Below, piece by piece: positions 1 through 7,699 of a stretch of DNA of 43,365 bases. The stretch lies in the UHGV virus genome UHGV-1378837; one strand, given 5' to 3'. The position numbers and the translations under genes were made by a program. The stretch comes from a virus. Positions within the stretch are counted from its first letter, which is position 1; every line of letters starts with the position of its first letter. The notes below the pieces were generated by a model. That model was not told the origin of the DNA. It did no database searches and was given only the letters and a program-made list of their open reading frames with translations.

Positions 1-47
1 ACAGAACGGACCTTTTGGTATAAGTCAAGATTTTCCATACACAACAC

Positions 48-509
48 CTACTTAATCTGTATATTCTGTTTCTGTTCAATATGCGCCCCTGGAACTGTAA
101 GACCTCCTTTTATGGCTTCTTTAATTTTGGTTTTGCTCGGTTCCGGCTCCTTGGTAACAAGGTATTCTGTAGGGATATTAGATGTATCCTCAATCACAAC
201 CGATTCTGATTTACGGTAAGATATTGAAATTCTCGCCGTTTTGAACTTCTCACCGTCAAGATATCCAGATAAGTATTCCTTAAGCCGTTCGGCCTGATTA
301 CCTGCGGCTACTTTTCTTGCATTAAGATTTTTAATTTCAGAATCAATGGCACCCTCCTCCGCTTTGAGATTTTTGTACCAGCAAGCTATATTCTCAATCT
401 TCTTTTCCTTTTCCATCTGGAGTCGGTCCAGACGTCCATCGTCTATGATTTCCCCTGTTTCCATGTCAACGCAACCCAATATTTCTGTATCAATTTCATA
501 TAAGTTCAT
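48..509 (-). CDS. Siphovirus Gp157-like protein
   Basis: 153 aa, N-terminal MNLYEI and coiled-coil pattern typical of the Gp157 family. Position immediately upstream (minus-strand sense) of a Rad52-like SSAP if the genome is circular. Stop TAG at 48-50. Confidence 0.5.
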   Translation of the reverse strand: MNLYEIDTEILGCVDMETGEIIDDGRLDRLQMEKEKKIENIACWYKNLKAEEGAIDSEIKNLNARKVAAGNQAERLKEYLSGYLDGEKFKTARISISYRKSESVVIEDTSNIPTEYLVTKEPEPSKTKIKEAIKGGLTVPGAHIEQKQNIQIK

Positions 510-720
510 CTACTTGTCCTCCATCTGAATATAAAGTGTAATTCTGACCCTCTGATTTGATAAGCTCCTGCATTCTTTCTACCTTTTTCACTCGCTTAAA
601 TTCCCTCTGATGGCATTTATCACATTCTTTCCAATGTTCCGGGTCAAGAAAACATCCGCAAGAATCACATTTAGAATTATTCATCATGTGTTTTATCCTT
701 AGGAACTTTAACCGGTACAC
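496..720 (-). CDS. Small cysteine-rich (CxxC...CxxC) zinc-ribbon-like protein
   Basis: 74 aa ORF with CDSCGC...CDKCH motifs. The real start is possibly the internal MMNNSK. No family recognised. Confidence 0.3.
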   Translation of the reverse strand: MYRLKFLRIKHMMNNSKCDSCGCFLDPEHWKECDKCHQREFKRVKKVERMQELIKSEGQNYTLYSDGGQVDELI

Positions 721-874
721 CTCTCAAAATACCTACCAGCACATTACGACTGGCATATTCATCGTTATCCAAAAAAATCAAAGCTGCATTTACCCGACCT
801 TCAAGCTCAATAAGCTTTCTATATTCATTGGCAGAAATTTCAACTGTTCTTTCTTCCATCTTGCAAACCTCCAT
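677..874 (-). CDS. Hypothetical early protein
   Basis: 65 aa ORF in a co-oriented early operon. No recognisable motif. Confidence 0.25.
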   Translation of the reverse strand: MEVCKMEERTVEISANEYRKLIELEGRVNAALIFLDNDEYASRNVLVGILRGVPVKVPKDKTHDE

Positions 875-1046
875 AATCTCTGATATAATCAGACCGAGTT
901 GTTTTTTGTATCCGGTCGTTTAGCTCTGTCAAGCTGACGGCCCTTTTTATTGGCTTACCATATCCGGTGTACCGACTGGCATTTGTCATTGCTCCGGCCC
1001 GGTTGGTGCCATTCCGACGGCGGCTCATAATATCACCGCCACGCAT
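840..1046 (-). CDS. Hypothetical basic protein
   Basis: 68 aa Arg-rich ORF starting MRGG. Overlaps neighbours slightly. Weak call. Confidence 0.2.
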   Translation of the reverse strand: MRGGDIMSRRRNGTNRAGAMTNASRYTGYGKPIKRAVSLTELNDRIQKTTRSDYIRDYGGLQDGRKNS

Positions 1047-1151
1047 ATCACCAGCAATCCGCTTAAGACCATCACCGCAGCGGTCAAGCCGCGAATAATC
1101 ATACGGTCTTTCTGCCGTGGGCTTAAGTGTGTTTTACCAACAGGTATGTAT

Positions 1152-1379
1152 TCAAGCTGTTTCAACAAATTTCATCTCCTTCCCGGTCAATTGCAGAAGT
1201 ATCTGTAATTTTTCTATTGTCAGTTTTTGAGGGTTGGCTTTACGCTCTCTAAACGAGCTTGTACAAAAACCCAAATACAAGGCCAGCTCATTATCATCAA
1301 AGTTATTTCTTATTTTGGCTTCTTCTATCAGCAACCGGATACTGTCCTTTTGCCATTCTGACGGCTTCTTAGATTTCAC
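1152..1379 (-). CDS. Putative helix-turn-helix DNA-binding protein
   Basis: 75 aa; segment LALYLGFCTSSFRERKANPQKLTIEKLQIL resembles an XRE-type HTH. Confidence 0.35.
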   Translation of the reverse strand: MKSKKPSEWQKDSIRLLIEEAKIRNNFDDNELALYLGFCTSSFRERKANPQKLTIEKLQILLQLTGKEMKFVETA

Positions 1380-1397
1380 TCCACTTCCTCCTTAATG

Positions 1398-1727
1398 TCA
1401 GTTTTGCTGACTAAATGGTTTCGGTAAAGACATCCAAGCCAACACATCCTCATCATAACGTAATGGCTTTCCCCATCTATACCCATACCATGTGCCAATG
1501 GTCACATCCCTATCCCGCAGGGTAATCAACACAGTATCACCTATTTCCGGCAACCGCTCTGCTACTGGTATCCAACCACAGCAATCACCTCCGCCTTCTT
1601 TAAACGCCTCCATTGCTGAATTCATACCAGCCATAAACATATGCAATTCAGCATTGCTTAATTTTGACTTTTTTAATATTTCTCTTTTCTTCTCATCTAC
1701 TTTTTCAATGAATCTACTGACATTCAT
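1398..1727 (-). CDS. DUF551 family phage protein
   Basis: C-terminal WIPVAERLPE...VLAWMSLPKPF matches the DUF551 signature. A second copy with the same signature is at 38802..39254. Confidence 0.6.
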   Translation of the reverse strand: MNVSRFIEKVDEKKREILKKSKLSNAELHMFMAGMNSAMEAFKEGGGDCCGWIPVAERLPEIGDTVLITLRDRDVTIGTWYGYRWGKPLRYDEDVLAWMSLPKPFSQQN

Positions 1728-1762
1728 ATATGCAATTCCCTCCTCCGATTCTCCCAGAAATG

Positions 1763-1990
1763 CTAATTCTCCCGTCTATTCCAAGCCTCTACTGCTGCCT
1801 TAATTGTAGGCTTATAGCCTGTTGAAGCACCGCACCCGCCATCATTTCCATTACATACGGCAGAATAATATCCTGTATCTTCACACCTCTCAAAATTTTC
1901 GCAATCCTCTAAATCATGGCATATATCAATTACGATATTTTTACTTCCACAAAATGGACATGCTTTCAAATCACCTTCAACCACTCTCAC
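1763..1990 (-). CDS. lar: Lar-family restriction alleviation protein
   Basis: 75 aa, CPFCGS zinc-ribbon near the N-terminus and C-terminal AAVEAWNRR motif characteristic of Lar/Ral-type restriction alleviation proteins. Confidence 0.55.
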   Translation of the reverse strand: MRVVEGDLKACPFCGSKNIVIDICHDLEDCENFERCEDTGYYSAVCNGNDGGCGASTGYKPTIKAAVEAWNRREN

Positions 1991-2010
1991 AGTCTTTTCC
2001 TCCTAAAATG

Positions 2011-2184
2011 TTAATTCTCTGGGATATCCTTTTCCAGAATATACTCCAGGCAGGTGTGATTATCTTCTAAATATGTTTCATTGCACATGACCACTATCCA
2101 ACCTTTATCCAGGCTTTCTCTAAGAGCAGTCATAGGATTTGCATAATTGTTCGGATATGTTCTCACTACCTTCTGTTTTTTCAT
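2011..2184 (-). CDS. Small hypothetical protein (57 aa), not in supplied ORF track
   Basis: ATG at 2182-2184 (minus) preceded by a GGAGG RBS. Translates MKKQKVVRTYPNNYANPMTALRESLDKGWIVVMCNETYLEDNHTCLEYILEKDIPEN. Stop lies 20 nt before the Lar start. Confidence 0.35.
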   Translation of the reverse strand: MKKQKVVRTYPNNYANPMTALRESLDKGWIVVMCNETYLEDNHTCLEYILEKDIPEN

Positions 2185-2210
2185 TCCACGCCTCCATCAA
2201 AATGTTAAGT

Positions 2211-2300
2211 TGGCGGCGGCCGGAGTTGAACCGGCACCCTCTTACTTTCCACCATGGTTATGCCAGGAATCGAACCTGGACCTGTGTACCACACACCGCC
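2211..2300 (-). tRNA. tRNA-like element (about 90 nt; type II or degenerate tRNA; contains two T-arm-like hairpins)
   Basis: Minus strand reads GGCGGTG...CGCCGCC-A with a 7-bp acceptor-like pairing. Canonical T-arm GCCGG-TTCAACT-CCGGC lies next to the 3' acceptor strand. A second T-arm-like hairpin CCAGG-TTCGATT-CCTGG is internal. No CCA encoded. The cloverleaf could not be completed by eye. Confidence 0.3.
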
Positions 2301-2301
2301 A

Positions 2302-2400
2302 TTAACTCTTAAAATACTGGTAAAGCGCTATTGCTATAATTATTAGTATATCTGCAAAAACAGTGCAAACTACTCCTGCTAAAAATGGATTGATGTACAT
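2302..2400 (-). CDS. Small hydrophobic peptide (32 aa; MYINPFLAGVVCTVFADILIIIAIALYQYFKS)
   Basis: Strong AAGGAG RBS 6 nt upstream of the ATG (2398-2400, minus). Single predicted TM helix. Not in the ORF track because it is under 60 aa. Confidence 0.4.
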   Translation of the reverse strand: MYINPFLAGVVCTVFADILIIIAIALYQYFKS

Positions 2401-2449
2401 CGTTTATCTCCTTCTCTTCCTCTTGATTCCCCGGCTCTTGCCGTTCTTC

Positions 2450-2716
2450 TTAATCCTGGCTCTCTGTCCCATTCTCTAAGTCTCCTTGCGTTCCTGTGTT
2501 GATGTTGTTCAGTCCAGTGCCATCCTGGGAAACATAGTCATAAGTGCCGGCCGTATAAAGCCATGCAGCATTGGTGCCTATCAGCGCCGCCAGCGTTACC
2601 AGAAACGCTATAAACCAATGCTTTGCATTCCTCTTGCTCTGCTCTATTACCTCTACAGCAAAATACTGCTCCAGCCCTTCCCATGTTGGCTTGTCCTTCT
2701 GGTTTTCAATGTTCAT
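2450..2716 (-). CDS. Small membrane protein
   Basis: 88 aa, AGGAGG RBS 9 nt upstream. TM segment HWFIAFLVTLAALIGTNAAWLY. The plus-strand ORFs overlapping it are judged spurious. Confidence 0.45.
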   Translation of the reverse strand: MNIENQKDKPTWEGLEQYFAVEVIEQSKRNAKHWFIAFLVTLAALIGTNAAWLYTAGTYDYVSQDGTGLNNINTGTQGDLENGTESQD

Positions 2717-2735
2717 AAATATTTTCCTCCTGTGC

Positions 2736-2851
2736 TTGCGTAATACAGGAGAAAATGGTAAAATATTCCTGTATCCGCATTAGACTGATTAATGTGTGAT
2801 ACCGGGGTTATCTGTGTTCGAGACAGGTGGCCCCACCTTTATTTTGTTTCC
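2736..2851 (+). ncRNA. Putative small RNA unit: sigma-A-like promoter plus intrinsic terminator with no ORF
   Basis: TTGCGT (2736-2741), 17-nt spacer, TAAAAT (2759-2764). Followed by an 11-bp GC-rich stem with GU wobbles (2804-2834) and a U-tract (2835-2851). Lies in the intergenic region 3' of the antirepressor gene on the opposite strand. Confidence 0.3.
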
Positions 2852-3012
2852 TTGCTTCTATGACTTCCTTCATTAAGAAATCCATCCACGGGTATTTTTC
2901 TGCTTGCATATGTACAAGTTCATTAAATGATTTATCACTAAGCGAAATGCAATCATCATAAAATTGAGTTCCGATTAAAATAATATTTCCTCCTTGTAAG
3001 CTAATCTGAGAA

Positions 3013-3759
3013 TTACTTTTCCCTCCTTAAAAACTTGTTAATAAAATACTGCTGACCTTTTCCAGTAACTTTGGTAGTCTTGTTTATTCTTACGGAGCCA
3101 TCAGGATTATTCACTGTACTTTCCTTCACCTCAAACAATCCAGCCTCCATACTGCGTTGTGTTGGCATATTCCATTCCGAACCATTCCGTTTAATGAGAT
3201 AGCCATTATCCCTCAACCAAGAAAATAGTCTTTTCTGTCCGATGTCCACGCCGTTTTGTTTAATCAGCTTTGCCAAGTCACCAATAAGAATTGATGTATG
3301 ACTAGTTGCCACAGCATCAGCGAATATTTCTTTCGGTTTCATACGCTGAACGTCCTCCAGGAGTACAGTGTTTTGTGACTTTAGTTTGTCAATGGTCTTT
3401 CCTGCCATTTTTAACGCCCTTGCCATGACCTGCTCCGGTGTGTTCCATGCTTTCTCTAAGTCAAGGAAATACTGACGGTACTGCCTGCCTTTTTCGGAAC
3501 GTTGTATCATGCAAATCTGTTTTGCCATGTCTACGCTAATCTGATAGTCAACTATCTCCCTTTTAACCTCTCTACTTCCCTCAATTTGAACCCGCTCATT
3601 TTTGAGCATGTTGAAATCTTTACCGATTTCAAATCCATATTCTGCCATTCTAGGAAACCAATCCTTAAAAGCTGTCTTGATTTCCAGTCCCTCATGCAAT
3701 TCCCTTGCCGATACTGTTGGCTGTTCAGCATCGTAATTGATTTTTATAATTTCTTCCAT
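3013..3759 (-). CDS. Phage antirepressor (ORF6N/AntA-like N-domain + KilA-C domain)
   Basis: N-terminal SARELHEGLEIKTAFKDWFPRMAEYGFEIGKDF (ORF6N-like). C-terminal FSWLRDNGYLIKRNGSEWNMPTQRSMEAGLFEVKE (KilAC-like). Immediately downstream of Cro. Confidence 0.7.
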   Translation of the reverse strand: MEEIIKINYDAEQPTVSARELHEGLEIKTAFKDWFPRMAEYGFEIGKDFNMLKNERVQIEGSREVKREIVDYQISVDMAKQICMIQRSEKGRQYRQYFLDLEKAWNTPEQVMARALKMAGKTIDKLKSQNTVLLEDVQRMKPKEIFADAVATSHTSILIGDLAKLIKQNGVDIGQKRLFSWLRDNGYLIKRNGSEWNMPTQRSMEAGLFEVKESTVNNPDGSVRINKTTKVTGKGQQYFINKFLRREK

Positions 3760-3772
3760 TAAATCTCCTAAT

Positions 3773-3973
3773 CTAAGAAATAAGCTTGTCCACTTTAACT
3801 TTTAAAACATCCGCGACCGCTTTGAGGCTTTTTACAGTTGGGCTTGAATCATTCCATTTGCTAATAGCTCCATTTTTTAATCCTGCTTCGATTTCAATAG
3901 ACCTAACGCTCAAACCTCTTTCTTCGCATATTTCTTTAATTTTGTCATAAATCAATTTATCACCCCCTCTCAT
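3773..3973 (-). CDS. cro: Cro-like XRE-family HTH regulator
   Basis: 66 aa HTH protein divergent from the CI-like repressor. Intervening region carries operator palindromes. Confidence 0.65.
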   Translation of the reverse strand: MRGGDKLIYDKIKEICEERGLSVRSIEIEAGLKNGAISKWNDSSPTVKSLKAVADVLKVKVDKLIS

Positions 3974-3997
3974 TTTAGAAAATATTCAGCAAAACCC

Positions 3998-4160
3998 TTG
4001 ACAAAACTTAGAAAGTATTCTAATATAAAGTTACCACACAATTTATTAGAAAAATATCTGTACCCATTAAGTTTTACCGAAAGTTTTCTGTGTTCATACC
4101 TCTATTATACAGAATTCTTTCTAATTGTCAAGCCTTTTTTACAGAAATTTTTCTGTAGGT
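3998..4160. promoter_or_regulatory. Genetic-switch region: face-to-face promoters and ACAGAA/TTCTGT operator half-sites
   Basis: Plus promoter TTGACA(3998-4003)-17-TAATAT(4021-4026). Minus promoter -35 TTGACA (plus 4126-4131) and -10 TATAAT (plus 4104-4109). Palindromes TACAGAAAtttTTTCTGTA (4139-4156) and ACAGAATTCTTTCT (4108-4122), plus a TTTCTGTG half-site (4085-4092). Confidence 0.5.
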
Positions 4161-4174
4161 TAGAAAGGAGTTAT

Positions 4175-4597
4175 ATGACCGTATATGAGCGGATTGAAAG
4201 CTTAAGGAAATCCACTGGGCTTTCGCAAGGAAAATTAGAAAAAGAGCTTGGTTTTTCTAATGGTTCTGTATCAAAATGGAAAACCAGCACTCCCACACCG
4301 GAGCGATTACAGAAACTCGCTGATTTCTTTGGTGTAACTGTTGATTACTTAATGAATGGGAAGGAGGAAACCCCAGAAGAAAAGAAGCCCACTCTTTCTA
4401 ATAACGAAGAGCTTAATGTAATTAATGATGTTGACGAAATTATGAAGCGCATAAGGAACAACGAGACGGTTGTCCTAAGATTTAACGGCGAGGATTACTC
4501 GGGGGATGAGGATGAGGATAAATTATTAAGAGACTCACTGTTATCACTTTGTAGGGCAGCTAAGATTAAGAAAAAGCAGGAAGGCTTTGGAGAGTAG
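4175..4597 (+). CDS. CI-like repressor, XRE-family HTH
   Basis: ATG at 4175 with AAAGGAG RBS. N-terminal MTVYERIESLRKSTGLSQGKLEKELGFSNGSVSKWKTSTPTPERLQKLADFFGVTVDYL is a classic XRE HTH; acidic C-terminal tail. The upstream part of the track ORF (from 3998) is non-coding switch region. Confidence 0.7.
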   Translation: MTVYERIESLRKSTGLSQGKLEKELGFSNGSVSKWKTSTPTPERLQKLADFFGVTVDYLMNGKEETPEEKKPTLSNNEELNVINDVDEIMKRIRNNETVVLRFNGEDYSGDEDEDKLLRDSLLSLCRAAKIKKKQEGFGE

Positions 4598-4600
4598 CGA

Positions 4601-5026
4601 TTGGAGATTAAAGATACTGTTTTGAATCTGGTTGAAAAATACGGAACCAGAAATCCTATGGAACTTGCGGACTATTTAGGTTTTATTGTACAAAAGCATG
4701 ACCTGGGGAAATACTCGGGTTACTACATAGAATACGAAGGAGTACCGTGTATATGCATCAACTCACGCATTACCGATACCAAATACAGTGATATTGTCTT
4801 AGCCCATGAAGTAGGTCATGGGGTGTTACACAAAGGTACTGAATGTATGTTTTTTGGAGGAACTTTTTTTAGTAAAGCCAAGCCAGAGCAAGAAGCAAAT
4901 ATTTTTACTGCGGAGCTACTGATACCGGATACTACTATATTAGAAAACCCAGGATTAAACAAAAAGCAACTTTCCTGTTTAACAGGATACAGAGAAAAAC
5001 TTTTTGAATTTAAAGAATGGAGATAG
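4601..5026 (+). CDS. immA: ImmA/IrrE-family zinc metallopeptidase (anti-repressor protease)
   Basis: HEXXH motif within DIVLAHEVGHGVLH. Gene immediately follows and is coupled to the XRE repressor, the typical ImmR/ImmA arrangement. Confidence 0.75.
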   Translation: MEIKDTVLNLVEKYGTRNPMELADYLGFIVQKHDLGKYSGYYIEYEGVPCICINSRITDTKYSDIVLAHEVGHGVLHKGTECMFFGGTFFSKAKPEQEANIFTAELLIPDTTILENPGLNKKQLSCLTGYREKLFEFKEWR

Positions 5027-5029
5027 CCT

Positions 5030-5710
5030 ATGCGTCCCAGTCAATACCATTATATAAAGCGCATGTGGGTAAGAAGTTCGTATAAGCGAAAAGAAAAAAG
5101 GAAACGTATATTATTGCTACCATTTCGACTGTTTTATAATTTATATAGTTTTCCTTTTAGGTTAATGGCCTATCCATTTAAAAGTAGCAGAAAAATAAAA
5201 ACATATAAAAATGATATGTCTAAAGAAATAATAAAAGGTATTTTGGGTGGGGTATCAATTTTACTTATAATATTTTTAATATTATACTGTATTCAGAATT
5301 TCTTTTATTTATTTGGTTATGGACCTATAATATTGTTTGTGATTTTATTATCTATATTTATATATTGTAAGTGGGCTAAAAAAGAAATCTATGAATTACC
5401 AGAAAAAATTTTAGAACATATAAAAACATTGGCAGAAATCGTAAACACCACCAAAGATGAAGATATATTTGAAACTTCATTGAATGAGATTAAAATAGAA
5501 TTGAATAAATTGGTATCTTATGAAAAAAATGGATGTCTGGGGCCAGAATTTTGTCCATCAAAGGACCTGGAAAAAATTACTGCTAACGAACAATTAACCA
5601 GAAAAAGATTTGAAGAAAGAAAAAAGTTTGATGTAGAACAATATGCAAAAATGTGTAATGCCTATATTGAACATCAAGAAGAGATGGAACAGTATAAGGA
5701 TTCTAATTGA
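5030..5710 (+). CDS. Membrane protein (2 TM), low-GC moron
   Basis: GGAGA RBS directly after the immA stop; an alternative start is at 5215 (MSKEIIKG). Two hydrophobic helices, then a charged cytoplasmic domain. Strongly AT-rich relative to the rest of the genome. Confidence 0.4.
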   Translation: MRPSQYHYIKRMWVRSSYKRKEKRKRILLLPFRLFYNLYSFPFRLMAYPFKSSRKIKTYKNDMSKEIIKGILGGVSILLIIFLILYCIQNFFYLFGYGPIILFVILLSIFIYCKWAKKEIYELPEKILEHIKTLAEIVNTTKDEDIFETSLNEIKIELNKLVSYEKNGCLGPEFCPSKDLEKITANEQLTRKRFEERKKFDVEQYAKMCNAYIEHQEEMEQYKDSN

Positions 5711-5757
5711 ATCACAGGGATGGTTATTGAGTCTGATGCACATTACGGAGGATGTTC

Positions 5758-6453
5758 ATGAGTATTAAGGGCGCTTCGCAAGAGTTATTTGTAGGTAAAA
5801 AGGATTCCAAAATTATAGACTTGTTTGGGAATTCTACAAAAATTTTTTACTCAGATTTAAAAAAAATTGAGTATTGCTATTTTCAAATTGGCGTAGGTGG
5901 TGGATATCTGGATTTTGTTTATGATTCAAATAATGTAAAACGTTTTGACTTTAATCATAAAGCAAATGATAAAATAAGAAGAACTATTGAACTAATACAA
6001 GAAAATAATCCAGAATTAGAAATTATTGAACATTCTACTGAAGATTATAAATTCTATCAAAAGGATTGGTTTTATCTTCTAATGCTTTTCATTTGTTGTA
6101 TGCCTTTAGGATTGTTTTTAATGTGGTATTACAAAAAAGGCACAAAATCAATGCGAATTATACTTACGGTTTTATTTATAACTTTATGGGGCATTGGGAT
6201 ATTCTCATCATGGCCACGCACTTACAGTTATCACATAACACTGAATGAATATAATCAATGTACTACTGGAATGACATACCAAGAATGTGTAAATATAATT
6301 GGTGGAGAAGGAGAACCTATGGCAGAAACTAATATTTTAGACATTAATTCTACCGCATACATTTGGTACGGAGATGATTCATCAGGAGCTAATGCAACGA
6401 TGTATTTTACAAATGGAAAATTGACTTCAAAAGCGCAATTTGGTTTGAAATAA
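5758..6453 (+). CDS. Membrane protein with 2 internal TM helices and C-terminal extracytoplasmic domain, low-GC moron
   Basis: GGAGGA RBS at 5740-5745. N-terminal soluble region, TM pair (FYLLMLFICCMPLGLFLMWYY / ILTVLFITLWGIGIFSSW). C-terminal domain ...YIWYGDDSSGANATMYFTNGKLTSKAQFGLK. Confidence 0.4.
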   Translation: MSIKGASQELFVGKKDSKIIDLFGNSTKIFYSDLKKIEYCYFQIGVGGGYLDFVYDSNNVKRFDFNHKANDKIRRTIELIQENNPELEIIEHSTEDYKFYQKDWFYLLMLFICCMPLGLFLMWYYKKGTKSMRIILTVLFITLWGIGIFSSWPRTYSYHITLNEYNQCTTGMTYQECVNIIGGEGEPMAETNILDINSTAYIWYGDDSSGANATMYFTNGKLTSKAQFGLK

Positions 6454-6619
6454 GTAAAAACCGGCCCCTGCGCCAACAGGAACCGGCCTACATACCCGAA
6501 GATATGCACTATAATTCGCACCTATATTGTACCATCTTCGGGGCGGCTTTGCAAGATATTTGCGGAGCTGTATTTTTTATACCTATTTTTAGGAAAATCA
6601 ATTGAAGGAGGAAAGAGAA

Positions 6620-7690
6620 GTGACTACAAAAGCCCCGAAAAAGAAAAAAGGAGAACTACCATCCAAAAATATCCGTGTACAATTATATTTATACACGGAT
6701 GAAAAAGGTAAACGGCATTACAAAAGCTTTGTTGCCCCATCACGCAAAATCGCACAAGAAATGGCTGCCAGATGGAAATTAGATATGAAGGATAAGCCCA
6801 TAGAGAAATACAATGAACCGGAAGAGGACGAAGAAGATATTACAGTCAATGATGCTATTGAACGCTATTTAAGCGCCAAGAGCGGTGTTTTAAGCCCTTC
6901 TACGCTTAGAGGGTACACTGGTCTGCAAAGACAGTATTTCGGCGGCGCATTTGGTCAAAAAAAGCTTTCAGAACTGACAAGTCCATCTGTGCAAATATGG
7001 GTAAGTAATTTAGCTGCAAAAAAACTATCTCCAAAAACGGTAAGAAATGCCTATGGTCTGTTATCTCCAACGCTGGAAATGTTTGCACCCGAATTAACTT
7101 TAAACGTTAAGCTGCCTCAAAAAAAACGTCCTAACTTATATTGCCCCAATGACAATGATATTAAAAAGTTGCTGGACGCTATCAAAGGCACTGATTTAGA
7201 GATAGCCGTATTGCTGGCTGCGTTTGGTCCACTTAGAAGAGGGGAAATAAGCGCTCTAACCGATAAGGACGTGGATGGTAAAATTATCCATGTAAGAGAT
7301 AATATGGTCAAGGGACCAGACAATCAATGGTATATCAAACAGCCAAAGACAGATGACAGTACAAGGGATGTAGAAATGCCAGCATTTGTAATTGACCGGA
7401 TATCTGAAAAAAAAGGAAAGCTGGTTGATATGAACCCGGATTACATCACACACCGATTCGGGCGAGTACTCAAAAAGATTGACATACCCCATTTCCGCTT
7501 TCACGACCTACGGCATTATGCCGCATCCATTATGCACGCTATAGGGATACCGGACCAATATATTTTGCAGCGGGGAGGATGGGCCAGCGACAATATTATG
7601 AAAACCGTATACAGAAATGCGATTGACTCTGAAACCGTCCGGCAAAATAAAAAAATTAATAAGCACTTTGAAAAGTTGAACAGCATGTAA
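6620..7690 (+). CDS. int: Tyrosine integrase (phage integrase family)
   Basis: GTG at 6620 after an AAGGAGGA RBS (track ORF starts at TTG 6602). C-terminal catalytic region with FHDLRHYAAS and terminal Tyr region (KTVYRNA). N-terminal SAM-like domain. Adjacent to the putative attP. Confidence 0.85.
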   Translation: MTTKAPKKKKGELPSKNIRVQLYLYTDEKGKRHYKSFVAPSRKIAQEMAARWKLDMKDKPIEKYNEPEEDEEDITVNDAIERYLSAKSGVLSPSTLRGYTGLQRQYFGGAFGQKKLSELTSPSVQIWVSNLAAKKLSPKTVRNAYGLLSPTLEMFAPELTLNVKLPQKKRPNLYCPNDNDIKKLLDAIKGTDLEIAVLLAAFGPLRRGEISALTDKDVDGKIIHVRDNMVKGPDNQWYIKQPKTDDSTRDVEMPAFVIDRISEKKGKLVDMNPDYITHRFGRVLKKIDIPHFRFHDLRHYAASIMHAIGIPDQYILQRGGWASDNIMKTVYRNAIDSETVRQNKKINKHFEKLNSM

Positions 7691-7699
7691 TAAAATAGC

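Noticed and set aside
346-528. Plus-strand ORFs embedded antisense in minus-strand genes (for example 346..528, 686..883, 1492..1803, 13618..13848, 15673..16590, 19367..19861, 21516..21827, 28426..28821, 40558..40911)
   Set aside because: They overlap well-supported genes on the opposite strand, lack an RBS and have low-complexity or Ser/Cys/Leu-rich translations typical of antisense frames. Treated as spurious.
6454-6600. Possible terminator hairpins after the membrane moron (CCGGCCCCTG...CAGGAACCGGCC and CCCGAAGAT-N32-ATCTTCGGGG)
   Set aside because: Imperfect stems and large loops, not followed directly by U-tracts. Plausible but not convincing as intrinsic terminators.
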